This document shows positions 1 through 10,101 of a stretch of DNA of 36,407 bases, in pieces. Every line of letters starts with the position of its first letter. The first letter of the stretch is position 1. The stretch comes from a virus (lineage: Duplodnaviria > Caudoviricetes), in IMG/VR virus record IMGVR_UViG_3300033559_000006, positions 1 through 36,407 of that record; one strand, 5' to 3'. Both the position numbers and the translations under genes were made by a program. Under the pieces are notes generated by a model. It searched no databases. It was not told the DNA's origin and saw only the letters and a list, made by a program, of their open reading frames with translations.

Positions 1-258
1 ACTGGAAGAGCTAGAAGGAGGGGGAGGTGTAGAGCTACTAGAACTGCTGGAAGAGCTTGAGCTATCCGAGCTACTAGAAGAGCTTGAGCTTGATGAGCTA
101 CTGGAACTACTAGAAGAGCTTGAGCTTGATGAGCTACTGGAACTGCTAGAAGAGTTATCCGAGCTACTGGAACTACTAGAAGAGCTTGAGCTTGATGAGC
201 TACTGGAACTGCTAGAAGAGTTATCCGAGCTACTGGAACTGCTAGAAGAGCTACTTAT
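1..258 (-). repeat. Poly-Ser coding tract with an exact 66-bp tandem duplication (95-160, 161-226)
   Basis: Mixed AGY/TCN codons; unit gagctactggaactactagaagagcttgagcttgatgagctactggaactgctagaagagttatcc occurs twice in tandem with partial flanking copies. Confidence 0.95.
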
Positions 259-1542
259 CTCTATCTCGCAGCAAACGCAGCAATCACCGGCGTCGAATAC
301 AATGTTACCGAAGCTGTTTACAGACACCGCAAAACAGTTTCCAGGCTCAATATTCTTTATCCAGTGTGTATATAGCGCCTTACCGTAAATCTTGTTAAAC
401 CATGTGGTGGTTGTTTCTGAGAACCAGCCAATGTCTTTGAATTCGGGATGGTCTAAATTAAACTGGTCGTTGTAAACAGCGCCACTTATATCACCGTTGT
501 ATGTATCTGGAAGATGTATCTCCCACTTATGGTTGCCAGCAGAAATTATTGTAGTTTCCCACGGAACTATGTCATTGTCTGGATTGTATATATCCAACGG
601 TCCACGAACGTTATCCATTGGGAACTTCCAAGCTATAAGCTTGATGTCTTCGCTATACTCTGCTTTTATCTGCTTTCCGTCTTTTACGTCAATAGGAATG
701 TCAGCCTGCGGCGAATACAAGTTACCATCAATAGAGAAGCTTCTCAGTTCGCAGTTCTTGAAGGTGCCGTCAATGTTTCTGTCTACGCGGGTTGATAGGT
801 TGTATGAGAAATAGACAGTGCCGAATGACCATGTGTAACGCTCGCCCAAATTCCACGACTGCTTTTTGTCGTTGATATAACCAATACCAACATTGTTTCC
901 TATGTTATACTCATTGAACTTCCCGTTATACCATGTGTCAATCTTGAGATTTTCAGAATGAAGAACTGGAACTCCGTTTCCGTATGTCTTCATGATGAGG
1001 TCAATACCACTTACCTTTATGAACTTGTTATCAAATATATCTTGTTCTATAAAGATAACTTGATATGGGTTCTGTGCATCATCCGGAATGACAGGGGTGG
1101 TTGGGGAGTATGGGACTGGCTCGGAGGTCGGTGTCTTTATAGGTATTCCAGAAGTCTCTCTACGTTTTGCTACTATGTTAGCAAATAAAAATATCTTAGC
1201 ACACTCTTTGGTGTATTCGGGATAGAAGTAACTGCTATCGAATATGTATGGATTGGAGTATATGAACTCCTTGTTTGGGTTGAGTGGGTTGCCAACAAAT
1301 ATAGGAACTATAGACCCCGTTGCCATCGTTGGGTGGTCAGATACAGGAAGAGGGCTTTTAGTCTCTTCCTGTATTCCACTACTTATTGGAATATCATCTA
1401 ATGAGTTTGCAACGGCATTGGCAAACTCAAGCTCCTTTTCGGGATACGGAGAGGTAGTGCGAATGGGAACACTGATAGCGCCATTTTTACCGAAGTTACC
1501 AGTTCTAACGGGCTTTCGTGATCCCCTACCTCTTAGTGACAT
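1..1542 (-). CDS. Large putative virion protein with poly-serine tract (3' end outside window; absent from ORF track)
   Basis: Manual translation: ATG at 1542 preceded by GAGGGG, open with no stop to position 1 (514 codons: MSLRGRGSRKPVRTG...GDCCVCCEIEISSSSSS...TPPPPSSSSS). Function unknown; virion role inferred from position only. Confidence 0.85.
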   Translation of the reverse strand, partial: MSLRGRGSRKPVRTGNFGKNGAISVPIRTTSPYPEKELEFANAVANSLDDIPISSGIQEETKSPLPVSDHPTMATGSIVPIFVGNPLNPNKEFIYSNPYIFDSSYFYPEYTKECAKIFLFANIVAKRRETSGIPIKTPTSEPVPYSPTTPVIPDDAQNPYQVIFIEQDIFDNKFIKVSGIDLIMKTYGNGVPVLHSENLKIDTWYNGKFNEYNIGNNVGIGYINDKKQSWNLGERYTWSFGTVYFSYNLSTRVDRNIDGTFKNCELRSFSIDGNLYSPQADIPIDVKDGKQIKAEYSEDIKLIAWKFPMDNVRGPLDIYNPDNDIVPWETTIISAGNHKWEIHLPDTYNGDISGAVYNDQFNLDHPEFKDIGWFSETTTTWFNKIYGKALYTHWIKNIEPGNCFAVSVNSFGNIVFDAGDCCVCCEIEISSSSSSSSSSDNSSSSSSSSSSSSSSSSSSSSDNSSSSSSSSSSSSSSSSSSSSSSSSSSSSSDSSSSSSSSSSSTPPPPSSSSS

Positions 1543-1550
1543 TTATCCCC

Positions 1551-1898
1551 TCATGTTTTGCTCTCGTTAGAAGCGGGGGTTTCCTGCTTTACGATATGGG
1601 TTTCTGCCTTATCCTGCGGAATGTTTATCTTGAAGAAGAATGGGATGTCGGCAAGGGCGGCAAGGTCGAGTCCGATATCAACACTCACAATCTCTTCGTC
1701 GCCAAGACGGCTCTTTACGAGGTCAGTGACCTTCATTCTCAAGTAGTGCATTGAGTCGGCAGTAAACTGCTTGGTCTGCTGAACGTATTCGGTAAGAACT
1801 TCCTGAATGCAGCGTTCAACTATCTTCCGTGTAACCGGATTCAACGCTGTAGCTGGTTGATCCTGCGGCTGTGTTGGGGTCTGTTCATTTTCACTCAT
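1551..1898 (-). CDS. Hypothetical protein (115 aa)
   Basis: SD AGGAG and TATAAT boxes (1914-1924) upstream; tiles with neighbours. Confidence 0.8.
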   Translation of the reverse strand: MSENEQTPTQPQDQPATALNPVTRKIVERCIQEVLTEYVQQTKQFTADSMHYLRMKVTDLVKSRLGDEEIVSVDIGLDLAALADIPFFFKINIPQDKAETHIVKQETPASNESKT

Positions 1899-1935
1899 GG
1901 TAATCTCCTGTGGATTATATTATATACCATGATTA

Positions 1936-3087
1936 TTATAACCCTTCGCCAAGATCGCCACCCATGTCTTCACCACCGTCATCTCCGCCAGCATCTCCAC
2001 CAGCGTCACCGTCATCTCCACCATCGCCAGCGTCTTCAGCACCATCGGCTGGAGCTTCTGCATCGTCTGCTGCGGCTGCATCTGGATCGGCTATAACTGG
2101 ATATACAGATATTCTTGACGAACCGACTCCATCTTCACCCTTGAAGTCGTTTACGAATGTTCTGAACAGCGGACTCTTCTTATAATCCTCAATATCCATG
2201 TTGTCTTTTATAAACTTGTCTATTGTAGGTGGAAGTGGTGAGTATATTCTGTTGAATGCTATCACTCCACGCTCACCAACAGGCTGGAAGTATGATATAG
2301 GTATGAGGTTGGGGCGAACCTTCTTCTCGTCTGAGAAGTTTATCTTTATAGACTGAATATACTTTATAGCCTTCTTATTGTCAACCCAATCCTCACCAAA
2401 CGACTTGTTCATGAACTGTGCTACACGGTCAACAGCGGTCTTCAAGTCTTGCTTGTGGGATATGATACGCTGAACGCCATTCTCATCGTTGTAGAATATA
2501 GGAATGTTGGAGTTGTAAATGATAATGCCACGTTCACGACTTGCTATCTGTGTGAACTCACGGCGAAGCTCTTTATTCTTCTGAATGTATATTTGATACT
2601 GGTCTGGTGTCAAGCGAGATTCGAGTTCATCGGCTCTTACGCCAATCTTCTTCTCGTCATCTGACATGAGCGTGAGTGGGTCAATACCAGCATACTTGAA
2701 CTTGAAGCGAGCTAATCTTATATTAGAGTCTGCTGTCAAGGAGAAGTCTATCTTAGGGTCGCCAGAGTCGGTGAACATCTCACGAACCTTCTGATCATCG
2801 GTGGCTGTAGGAGCATCACCGGAAGCCGTTTCCTGCCCTTCTGGCGCATCTTCTCCAGCAGCGGCATCTCCACCCTCTTTATCACCACCTTCGCCTCCCA
2901 TGCCCTCTGCTGCGGCGTCTACGTCATCCTGGCTGAAGAGGTCATCCCCACCACCAGCGTCTCCACCCTCTGCACCAGCATCGGCTGGGGCATCTTCGGC
3001 AGGAGCGTCTTCACCCTCACCAGCCTCAGTCAATAGACCAAGGCGATACTTCAGATTTGTTTTAATATACTTGGTTAGGTCATCCAT
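1936..3087 (-). CDS. Hypothetical protein with acidic Gly/Ala/Asp-rich termini; possible head-internal protein
   Basis: 383 aa; late promoter at 3118-3125; N-terminal LLTE-A resembles a prohead-protease site; GGDAGG-rich ends. Confidence 0.8.
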   Translation of the reverse strand: MDDLTKYIKTNLKYRLGLLTEAGEGEDAPAEDAPADAGAEGGDAGGGDDLFSQDDVDAAAEGMGGEGGDKEGGDAAAGEDAPEGQETASGDAPTATDDQKVREMFTDSGDPKIDFSLTADSNIRLARFKFKYAGIDPLTLMSDDEKKIGVRADELESRLTPDQYQIYIQKNKELRREFTQIASRERGIIIYNSNIPIFYNDENGVQRIISHKQDLKTAVDRVAQFMNKSFGEDWVDNKKAIKYIQSIKINFSDEKKVRPNLIPISYFQPVGERGVIAFNRIYSPLPPTIDKFIKDNMDIEDYKKSPLFRTFVNDFKGEDGVGSSRISVYPVIADPDAAAADDAEAPADGAEDAGDGGDDGDAGGDAGGDDGGEDMGGDLGEGL

Positions 3088-3117
3088 GGTGCGTTTCCTA
3101 AATAAAGGTATCCCCTT

Positions 3118-3125
3118 TATTTATA
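3118..3125 (-). promoter_or_regulatory. T4-type late promoter TATAAATA
   Basis: Exact consensus, intergenic, upstream of ATG 3087. Confidence 0.75.
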
Positions 3126-3133
3126 CGAAACGC

Positions 3134-3778
3134 TTATATGCGCTTTATGACCTTGTAATCGTCGCTTGGAGTTATGGTTGAATAAATCCATGTGATAGGA
3201 AGCACGATCTTCTGTGAGTCTTGGTAGTTCAAGTCAACCTGACCCATATTCTGTGGGTGAAGGTCACGGAACTCAAACTCCATGACCTTTTCGTGGTGAT
3301 TGTTCAACATGAGAAGCTTGCCAGAGACATAGAAGTTCTTATAGTAATCCATGGTGGTCAGCTTGTTGAACTCTTCCGGGTTACTGGCTGCGTAGAACCA
3401 ATAAAGCATCATACGGTATATAAACCAGTGTTCATCGCCAAGAACATTTGTATTGAGGGTTCCAAATTCCAGCTTGCCCGTGATAGCCTTGAGGGTGGCA
3501 AATGTTGTCTCAATGTTGGCTGTATATAGGTTCAAGTCAGGTAGAGTGCATGACTGGAGGAACAGAGCGAAGTTCTGTGTGTCTTGGTTAGACTCACGAA
3601 TGTAGTCTATTCCGCTTTTGCTTATAGCGCCAATGGTTCCGTCAAGCTTGAAGTTCTTATCGTTGGCAAACTTTGACATGAGGAACGACGAAGGTATTCT
3701 CTCAATAACAAATATGAAGTTGTTTGTATGAGCTTCGTTTATCAGCAACTCATTATTGGTGACTACTTGACAGGTCAT
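3134..3778 (-). CDS. gp3: Tail completion / tube terminator, T4 gp3-like
   Basis: FLQSCTLPDLNL...GKLEFGTLNTNVLGDEHWFIYRMMLYW...FEFRDLHP follows the gp3 pattern as I recall it. Confidence 0.7.
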   Translation of the reverse strand: MTCQVVTNNELLINEAHTNNFIFVIERIPSSFLMSKFANDKNFKLDGTIGAISKSGIDYIRESNQDTQNFALFLQSCTLPDLNLYTANIETTFATLKAITGKLEFGTLNTNVLGDEHWFIYRMMLYWFYAASNPEEFNKLTTMDYYKNFYVSGKLLMLNNHHEKVMEFEFRDLHPQNMGQVDLNYQDSQKIVLPITWIYSTITPSDDYKVIKRI

Positions 3779-3779
3779 C

Positions 3780-4199
3780 TTATCTCCTTGGGTTTACCCT
3801 GAAGTAGTATACCACAACATCGGTGCAATCGGTGGTGCCACCTGGGTCGCCCGATGTTCCGGAGGTTCCTGAAGTTCCCGACGATCCCGTTGTAGCTGGC
3901 GAAGAGCAATCTTCTACATTTACGGTCATGGTTATCTCGACTCGGAATATGCCAGTTCCACCACAGTCGCAATTGGTCTTGTAGCGGTATGAATACCAGC
4001 CTACCTTGCCTGTAATCGGGCACATCTCACCACCAACAACAAACTCGTTCTTCTCATTGTAAATCTTGATATCGGTCAGGTCTGCCCAACGATAGTCGTT
4101 GACCTGTTGTTGAACGGTCATGTCGGTGTAGGGACGGTTCGAGGCTATGATAGTAACCGTATCTCCGCAATAAAAATCAACTGGTGCTACTTCTGCCAT
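3780..4199 (-). CDS. Hypothetical Cys-containing protein with GTS repeat
   Basis: 139 aa, 1-nt gaps to both neighbours; SSGTSGTSGTSG at about 3849-3887. Confidence 0.75.
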   Translation of the reverse strand: MAEVAPVDFYCGDTVTIIASNRPYTDMTVQQQVNDYRWADLTDIKIYNEKNEFVVGGEMCPITGKVGWYSYRYKTNCDCGGTGIFRVEITMTVNVEDCSSPATTGSSGTSGTSGTSGDPGGTTDCTDVVVYYFRVNPRR

Positions 4200-4200
4200 A

Positions 4201-4431
4201 TTATCCCTTTCTGAAGAATACGTCTATACTTGTGCATTTTGCGAACACTATATCTTTTATCTTAGGGCAATACTTGGTTGTGTCGGGTGCGCCTGTTGGT
4301 GGTGGGGTTGGGTTGCCAGTAATAGCAACACACTCTCCACGGTCAAACTTATTGCGCCAATGGTCAATGCGCTTGTAAGCTTCGTCGTTCCACGAATCCC
4401 AATCAAATACTCTACCGCTTGAATGTGCCAT
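4201..4431 (-). CDS. Hypothetical protein (76 aa)
   Basis: SD-like AGGGA, near-late-promoter GCTAAATA at 4448-4455, tight tiling. Confidence 0.7.
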   Translation of the reverse strand: MAHSSGRVFDWDSWNDEAYKRIDHWRNKFDRGECVAITGNPTPPPTGAPDTTKYCPKIKDIVFAKCTSIDVFFRKG

Positions 4432-4450
4432 AGTGTTCCCCTATTACTAT

Positions 4451-5875
4451 TTAGCTTTTCTTTGGGGGTTGAAGGTGAGTCATCTCGGTCAATCCATGAG
4501 TTCCCTTTAGGTTCTCAAAGCCATCCTTGACGCAAACGACATAAGATCCAGCAGCGGCACCGAATGATGTCAGCGAATCGACCTGACCCCATATAAGCCA
4601 CTTTCCCGACATCATCTGGTCAACATTGGTGTCGCTCATGACCGACTTGAAGACGATATCGGCAACCTGTCCAGGTCTTCTTAGCTGGTTCATGGTCATA
4701 TCAAGCTGACATGATATTCCAGAGTGAATGGTGTTGTATGAATATTCATTCTGCTTCATCTTTAGAAGACGCTTGGCATCGTTGAACGAATGCGGTCTAA
4801 CCTGTGACCACTGGTTTCCGTAGTTTGATGCGTGAAGTGAATACTGACCCAATCCGCTGTAGTTCTTACGGAACGTATTGAAGTCAAACGCAACATGTTT
4901 GTTGTCGTTGATATAGTCAAACGTTGAGAAGGTTTCCCCTGACATCTGACCGAATGATGTCTTCAGACGGTTGAAGTAGTTAAAGCGACGAGTGTATATG
5001 GTATTGGTTATATCATACTTGTCGGTCTGACCTTCGTTGATATCCCTAACAGGCTCTTCGGTTCCTTGTGCAGAACGATTCGTATGCTGGGCATACTGAC
5101 TTGAGAATACATGGTATTCCTTCTGCTTCATGAGTGTGTAGATAGACTTGCAGCGGAAGGTTGGCTTTTCTCCAAACTTCTTGGGAGGGTCTATGTAACA
5201 GACGTAGTATGGCATGCCATCTTTGTTGACTGCAAACTTACGAAGGTAGTTGAGAGTCTTGAGTGGCGACCAGTTTGGTATGAAGAAGTTTATCTTATCT
5301 TCTTCTGTTTCCAGAGTCTTCTCAATATCAATGTCATACCAGTTGAGAATATTAGGTATGGAGTTGACCGTATCATTCATGATGTCATATATAGTCTTGG
5401 AACGCTTAGGGTAAGTTGACTTGCTACCCCCATCCCAGCTATATGTCTTATACACGCTATTAGCAGTCATGAAGTAATGTGCAGGCGCTTCAATGAGAGA
5501 GAACTGAAGTAGATTACTTCCACGATCCCATTCCTGTGTGTTCTGTGCTTCTCTAACATCGTTTATGAAGAAGTGGTATATCTTCTCCGGAACCCCGTCA
5601 GGGTGAATGCTATTCTTGTAGCGTATTGATATGATTTCATTACCAGTCAACGGCATGAACTCTCTGGAAGCGAATCTATCATGTGTTGTCATCTTAGCTG
5701 TTCTAAAATACATATCCAAAGAGTCATGTATTTCTACCTTGAGAACACTCTCTTCCATTCTATGTTCAAAGAAGTCAATAGACTCATACGAACCTGTGAA
5801 ATCGTTGAGTCTGATGATACCGATAGAGTATCCAGCATTTACTACAGCTTCAAAGGGTGAGACTCCGTTAGACAT
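4451..5875 (-). CDS. Putative baseplate hub protein (gp27-like)
   Basis: About 474 aa (ATG 5875 with GGAG preferred to GTG 5887). Follows gp53-like; FMPLTGNEIISI, FFIPNWSPLKTLNYL and MSGKWLI resemble hub proteins of environmental T4-like phages. Confidence 0.55.
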   Translation of the reverse strand: MSNGVSPFEAVVNAGYSIGIIRLNDFTGSYESIDFFEHRMEESVLKVEIHDSLDMYFRTAKMTTHDRFASREFMPLTGNEIISIRYKNSIHPDGVPEKIYHFFINDVREAQNTQEWDRGSNLLQFSLIEAPAHYFMTANSVYKTYSWDGGSKSTYPKRSKTIYDIMNDTVNSIPNILNWYDIDIEKTLETEEDKINFFIPNWSPLKTLNYLRKFAVNKDGMPYYVCYIDPPKKFGEKPTFRCKSIYTLMKQKEYHVFSSQYAQHTNRSAQGTEEPVRDINEGQTDKYDITNTIYTRRFNYFNRLKTSFGQMSGETFSTFDYINDNKHVAFDFNTFRKNYSGLGQYSLHASNYGNQWSQVRPHSFNDAKRLLKMKQNEYSYNTIHSGISCQLDMTMNQLRRPGQVADIVFKSVMSDTNVDQMMSGKWLIWGQVDSLTSFGAAAGSYVVCVKDGFENLKGTHGLTEMTHLQPPKKS

Positions 5876-6305
5876 TTGACTCCGCACTTAGTTTTAGGTT
5901 CTTTTTATCGTTGACAGACTTGAAGAATAATATATCCTTTTTTATCTGTGGAAGGTATATGTCTTTTATTATCTTTATAGTATGGTTACTGTCAGGTCCC
6001 GGTGTAAAGTCTCCTGCCATAACATCGTCCAAGAACGTGAATGGGTTTGTGGCGTCATTTACTACGAGAACCAACCACCAGAGATTTATAGTTCTGTAGT
6101 ATGTGTTGGATATAGAATATATAGTGTCTGTAGGTGATACGATATGGTATCTGTAAGCGTTATGAACCCCGTCTTCAGGATACACATAAGTTCTGTAGTT
6201 GTTCCACATATCCAATATAGGGGTGGATATCTCTGTCTTGTCATAGTAAATCTTCGGAAATAGATTTGTGAAACTATTAGCTGATAATATTTGTTCGTTT
6301 GGCAT
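5868..6305 (-). CDS. gp53: Baseplate wedge protein, gp53-like (LysM-like)
   Basis: DTIYSISNTYYRTINLWWLVLVVNDATNPF motif. Confidence 0.8.
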   Translation of the reverse strand: MPNEQILSANSFTNLFPKIYYDKTEISTPILDMWNNYRTYVYPEDGVHNAYRYHIVSPTDTIYSISNTYYRTINLWWLVLVVNDATNPFTFLDDVMAGDFTPGPDSNHTIKIIKDIYLPQIKKDILFFKSVNDKKNLKLSAESNV

Positions 6306-6316
6306 ATGTTATCTTA

Positions 6317-7495
6317 TTAACCTCCATACGGCTTTTTTAGAACACTGACAATTCCGTTCTTTTGTACAGCCCCGCTACTATCTTTTGTATTGAGAAGTGG
6401 CGAATTCTCAAACATAGCAATCCAATCATCGGCATACATCTTTTCAACAACTTTTATTTCAAGCTCACATTCAGCAACCATAGGTATGGTTAAATCCAAC
6501 AGTTGTTTCTGTTGGTCGGTTATCTTAGTCAAATCATCGACTAATGAATGTGCTTTAACCCACGGTCCTCTAAACGAGTACGAGAAGTTTGTTATTGCAC
6601 AAACATTATAAGTAAAGAACCCTGAAGAGTGTCTTACTCTAACATAGCTCGGTGGTTCTGAAATAGCTACACGCATTCCGGGATACGACGAGAGAAGATT
6701 TACCAATTGCTCTTGCGCTCCGGGTTCTTCTTGTTTTTTAGTAGCATCGTTGGTTGCCACCTGTTGTGACGTTTTATTAGGATCATCACCGGTTGTTATC
6801 TTAACGGCATTTCCATCTTTATCCTTTTTAGTTGTAACAACTTCCAGAACTCTCTTGGGGTGTGACCATGCTGTTATGGTTATAAGTGGAGCATATACGT
6901 CATTTACCCACTGATCAATTGGATTTATGCCGGGTTTACTTCCTTTACCGGAGCTAAATAATATGAAAGGTATCTTGAAACTGACCTTATCAGTCTTCAT
7001 ATAGGTGTCTTGCTTATCAAGGGTTATCTTTTTCCTCGCTGTATTATTTGCAAGATTTTCAGCGGTGTTTATTATTCCACTAGCAGAATCCAATAATCCA
7101 GCCACCGTATCAAGTATCCTCGACATAATGCCGTCGCCTTCACCCCATTCATGTGAGAAACCAAACTTCAACCAATCAGTCGAAGAAGGTGCTATACGCA
7201 TTGTGTAAAGAGTTTCCGTAGGTTTTCCTCCATTTAAAACCATCTTTACAAGATCGCCGTCCTTCTCCGGTTTTATAGTCACCGGCTTATTACCAATGAA
7301 CTCAAGGATAACTTCGTCAATAGCACCGTCTCCAGGCTCCGACGATTCTGGATTCATAACCTTGACACCTGAGAACTGCGGACCCTTTAGGAACGATAGA
7401 TTGACTGCATCTATCTTCTTAGCGCCTGTTCTCTGGATACCAAACGCCTTACAGGCATCTAAACTTGGAACATATAAGTCTGGAGCATTAGCCAT
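6317..7495 (-). CDS. Putative baseplate tail-tube cap (gp48-like)
   Basis: Between tape measure and gp53; C-terminal PSYVRV...CAITNFSYSF...PMVAECELEIKVVE resembles tube-fold cap proteins. Confidence 0.5.
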   Translation of the reverse strand: MANAPDLYVPSLDACKAFGIQRTGAKKIDAVNLSFLKGPQFSGVKVMNPESSEPGDGAIDEVILEFIGNKPVTIKPEKDGDLVKMVLNGGKPTETLYTMRIAPSSTDWLKFGFSHEWGEGDGIMSRILDTVAGLLDSASGIINTAENLANNTARKKITLDKQDTYMKTDKVSFKIPFILFSSGKGSKPGINPIDQWVNDVYAPLITITAWSHPKRVLEVVTTKKDKDGNAVKITTGDDPNKTSQQVATNDATKKQEEPGAQEQLVNLLSSYPGMRVAISEPPSYVRVRHSSGFFTYNVCAITNFSYSFRGPWVKAHSLVDDLTKITDQQKQLLDLTIPMVAECELEIKVVEKMYADDWIAMFENSPLLNTKDSSGAVQKNGIVSVLKKPYGG

Positions 7496-10098
7496 TAGAT
7501 TTTACCCCCATTGAACGAGTTATTACTCATAAGTTTAGTCATCTCAAACTGCTTGTCATGACCTCCCGAGTTTCCACCCGTTCCGACAGCCCCTATTATG
7601 TTCTTCTCCATAGTCTTCAGTCTTCCTGCGAGAGTATCTATCCCCTCGCTAATCTCATTCATGGTGTTCTGCATGGTCTTGGCGTATTCTGGTGTTCCCA
7701 TACTGTTGCCAACATTAGAAACGAAGTTGCCCAATCCACCAAACTGTACAGGAACGGCAGGCTTGCGGTTATTGTCAATCTGGTGAACATATGAGCCATT
7801 GTTGCCAACAGCAGCTAAGAGTGTCTTATCTCCAATGCTTACATCGCCTATGACGCTGAGAATCATATTGTTCTTATCGTCAGCTTTCGGTCCACCGGCA
7901 GCACCGCCAGAAGGAGCAGCCATCTTTGTTAGTATAGCAGCGAAGAATCCGCCGCCGAGCCAGCCAGGAAGGTTAGCCAAGCCAGATATGATACCATATA
8001 CAACATTGTAGATTGAGTCGAGAGCTACCTGTATGATAGGCAGAAGTGGCTTGAAGTTGCTCCACAGGAAGTCAACAAGCGGCTTGAAGAATGGTAGGTA
8101 GGTGTCGAAGAAGTCGCTGAGTATCTTCGAGAAGTTATTACCACTGGAACCACTGAGTGGAATAACGGCTTCTGGTCCAGCTTCACCTATAACAGCTTTT
8201 GTTGGTCCTGTTACGATGCCGCCTTCAGCGAACCAGTTGAATGGATTGAGAGCGTCACTAATGCCGCCTATTATGTTCTTTACACCGCCCATAAGTTTAT
8301 CTGGAAGGTCTGATATATATTCCCAGGTCTTCTTCAAGCTTCCCCAAATACCCTCAACGGTACTTGAGACGGATTCCCATCCTGACTTTAGAATTCCACC
8401 AATCCACCCAAAAACCGACATGGCTATATCCGAGTAGTAATCCCAAGCCACCTTGAATGTATCCCAAAGCCACATGATAGGTATGAGAAGGCTATCACCG
8501 AGCTTCTGAAGTATTATAAGAAGGCTTATGACCTTATCAAATAGAAACTCTGTGAACCTGTCGAACATTCTCTTTACTATAACGCCAGCACCAGTAAAGT
8601 CTCCAGTGAATATGGCTTTTATCAATCCAATAGAATCAACTAAGCTGTTCCACACCAAGCTGATATAGTCTTTTATGAACGAGTATACCCACTTGAAAGC
8701 ATCCATAAAGAATCGCATGAAGGGCATGAATATGCCGAATAGGAACTTGAATACCGGTCCTATGATTGGAAGTTTAGAAAGGAACTCTCCAAAGTTTCCG
8801 AATATATTGAATATATGTTCGAAGGTGCTTGATACATAGGCTACTATACGATCCATCAGTCTAACTATAATCTTGCCAGCACCAACGAAATCGCCGCTGA
8901 ATATACTATCAACGAAATCATACACATCTGTTATGATTCCCCAAATGAACTTCAAGGTATCCCAAGCCCAATAGACGAACTCCTTGAGGTTGTTCCATGT
9001 CATTATGAGGAAGTCAACGACATATTGCTTGATGAATCCCCATACCATTTTTATCTGCTTACCAAAGTGCTTCCACAGTAAGAAGAGAACTATTACTAAT
9101 AGGATAACGGCAGCAACAACTATAAGTATGATTGGTAATACGGTCGTAAAAAAAGTTACAGCCATTGATATGAGCGTAGGAAGTATAACACGGAATATGG
9201 TTTTCGATATCAACGAAATCGCACTCCACATTCCCGAAATCATCTGCATAGGAGATGCGAAAGCCTTCATCATTCCCTGCATCTTGAATAGCCTGTCTCT
9301 GAAAGCATTAGTCTTATCAGAAATCTCCAGCAGCTTGGCACCAAATGGTGAATCCTTTAGCTTCTGTCTTTTATCATGTTCCTTTATGGCAGTCTTGAAG
9401 CTAACAGGGTCGAGTTTCGTTTCAAGCTCTGTCATCTGCTCAACAGACATATTCTCAAGTTCAAGAGCTAACTTCTCGGTACTCATAACTTGATATTCGG
9501 ATACCTGTTTGACCAACGTTGTGGTCATGGCTTGGTTATTTGCTATAAATGCAACATCGTTATACGAAGTCATCATCATAGTAGACATAGACCTGACCGT
9601 AAACAATATACTCTTCACATCAGCTTGTATTATTCCAAGAGAAGTCTTTATAGTCTTGAAGAAGTTGCTGATAGAGCCAAACATAAGCATGTCTTCTTCA
9701 TCAGATTCTTCCGTCTTCTCAGGCGAGGCTGAACCAGCAGCCTTACCGCCCGACAACAACTTCACAATGTAGTCTATCTTGAACATTGACTCAACTTGAT
9801 TAGCTAACGCCTGGAACAGAGTCTCGTCTATGTTCTTGACGTTCATCTGTAAAACACTGTATAGCTTCTTAGAATCAGTTACACCCATTTCTTTGAGGGT
9901 GGCTTCAAACTCGCTAATTGTATTGGTTAGGGTTTGAACGTCTTTCTCATTTCCACCCTTCTTAGCAGTATCAAGCTCATTTTGCTTCTGCTGTATCTGT
10001 GTAACTATATCAAAAATCTGCTTAATAGTCGGCTCTGGTGGACGCCCCTTAGCTTCCATTTGAATTAGTTTATGCGCAGATGCAATATCAATGGGCAT
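7495..10098 (-). CDS. Tail tape measure protein
   Basis: 867 aa; helical N-terminus, hydrophobic TM segment, periodic W/F repeats, FAEGGIVTGPTKAVIGEAGPEAVIPL motif; follows chaperone pair. Confidence 0.85.
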   Translation of the reverse strand: MPIDIASAHKLIQMEAKGRPPEPTIKQIFDIVTQIQQKQNELDTAKKGGNEKDVQTLTNTISEFEATLKEMGVTDSKKLYSVLQMNVKNIDETLFQALANQVESMFKIDYIVKLLSGGKAAGSASPEKTEESDEEDMLMFGSISNFFKTIKTSLGIIQADVKSILFTVRSMSTMMMTSYNDVAFIANNQAMTTTLVKQVSEYQVMSTEKLALELENMSVEQMTELETKLDPVSFKTAIKEHDKRQKLKDSPFGAKLLEISDKTNAFRDRLFKMQGMMKAFASPMQMISGMWSAISLISKTIFRVILPTLISMAVTFFTTVLPIILIVVAAVILLVIVLFLLWKHFGKQIKMVWGFIKQYVVDFLIMTWNNLKEFVYWAWDTLKFIWGIITDVYDFVDSIFSGDFVGAGKIIVRLMDRIVAYVSSTFEHIFNIFGNFGEFLSKLPIIGPVFKFLFGIFMPFMRFFMDAFKWVYSFIKDYISLVWNSLVDSIGLIKAIFTGDFTGAGVIVKRMFDRFTEFLFDKVISLLIILQKLGDSLLIPIMWLWDTFKVAWDYYSDIAMSVFGWIGGILKSGWESVSSTVEGIWGSLKKTWEYISDLPDKLMGGVKNIIGGISDALNPFNWFAEGGIVTGPTKAVIGEAGPEAVIPLSGSSGNNFSKILSDFFDTYLPFFKPLVDFLWSNFKPLLPIIQVALDSIYNVVYGIISGLANLPGWLGGGFFAAILTKMAAPSGGAAGGPKADDKNNMILSVIGDVSIGDKTLLAAVGNNGSYVHQIDNNRKPAVPVQFGGLGNFVSNVGNSMGTPEYAKTMQNTMNEISEGIDTLAGRLKTMEKNIIGAVGTGGNSGGHDKQFEMTKLMSNNSFNGGKI

Positions 10099-10101
10099 AT
10101 G

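Noticed and set aside
1-258. CRISPR-like array
   Set aside because: No unique spacers; repeats are in-frame serine codons.
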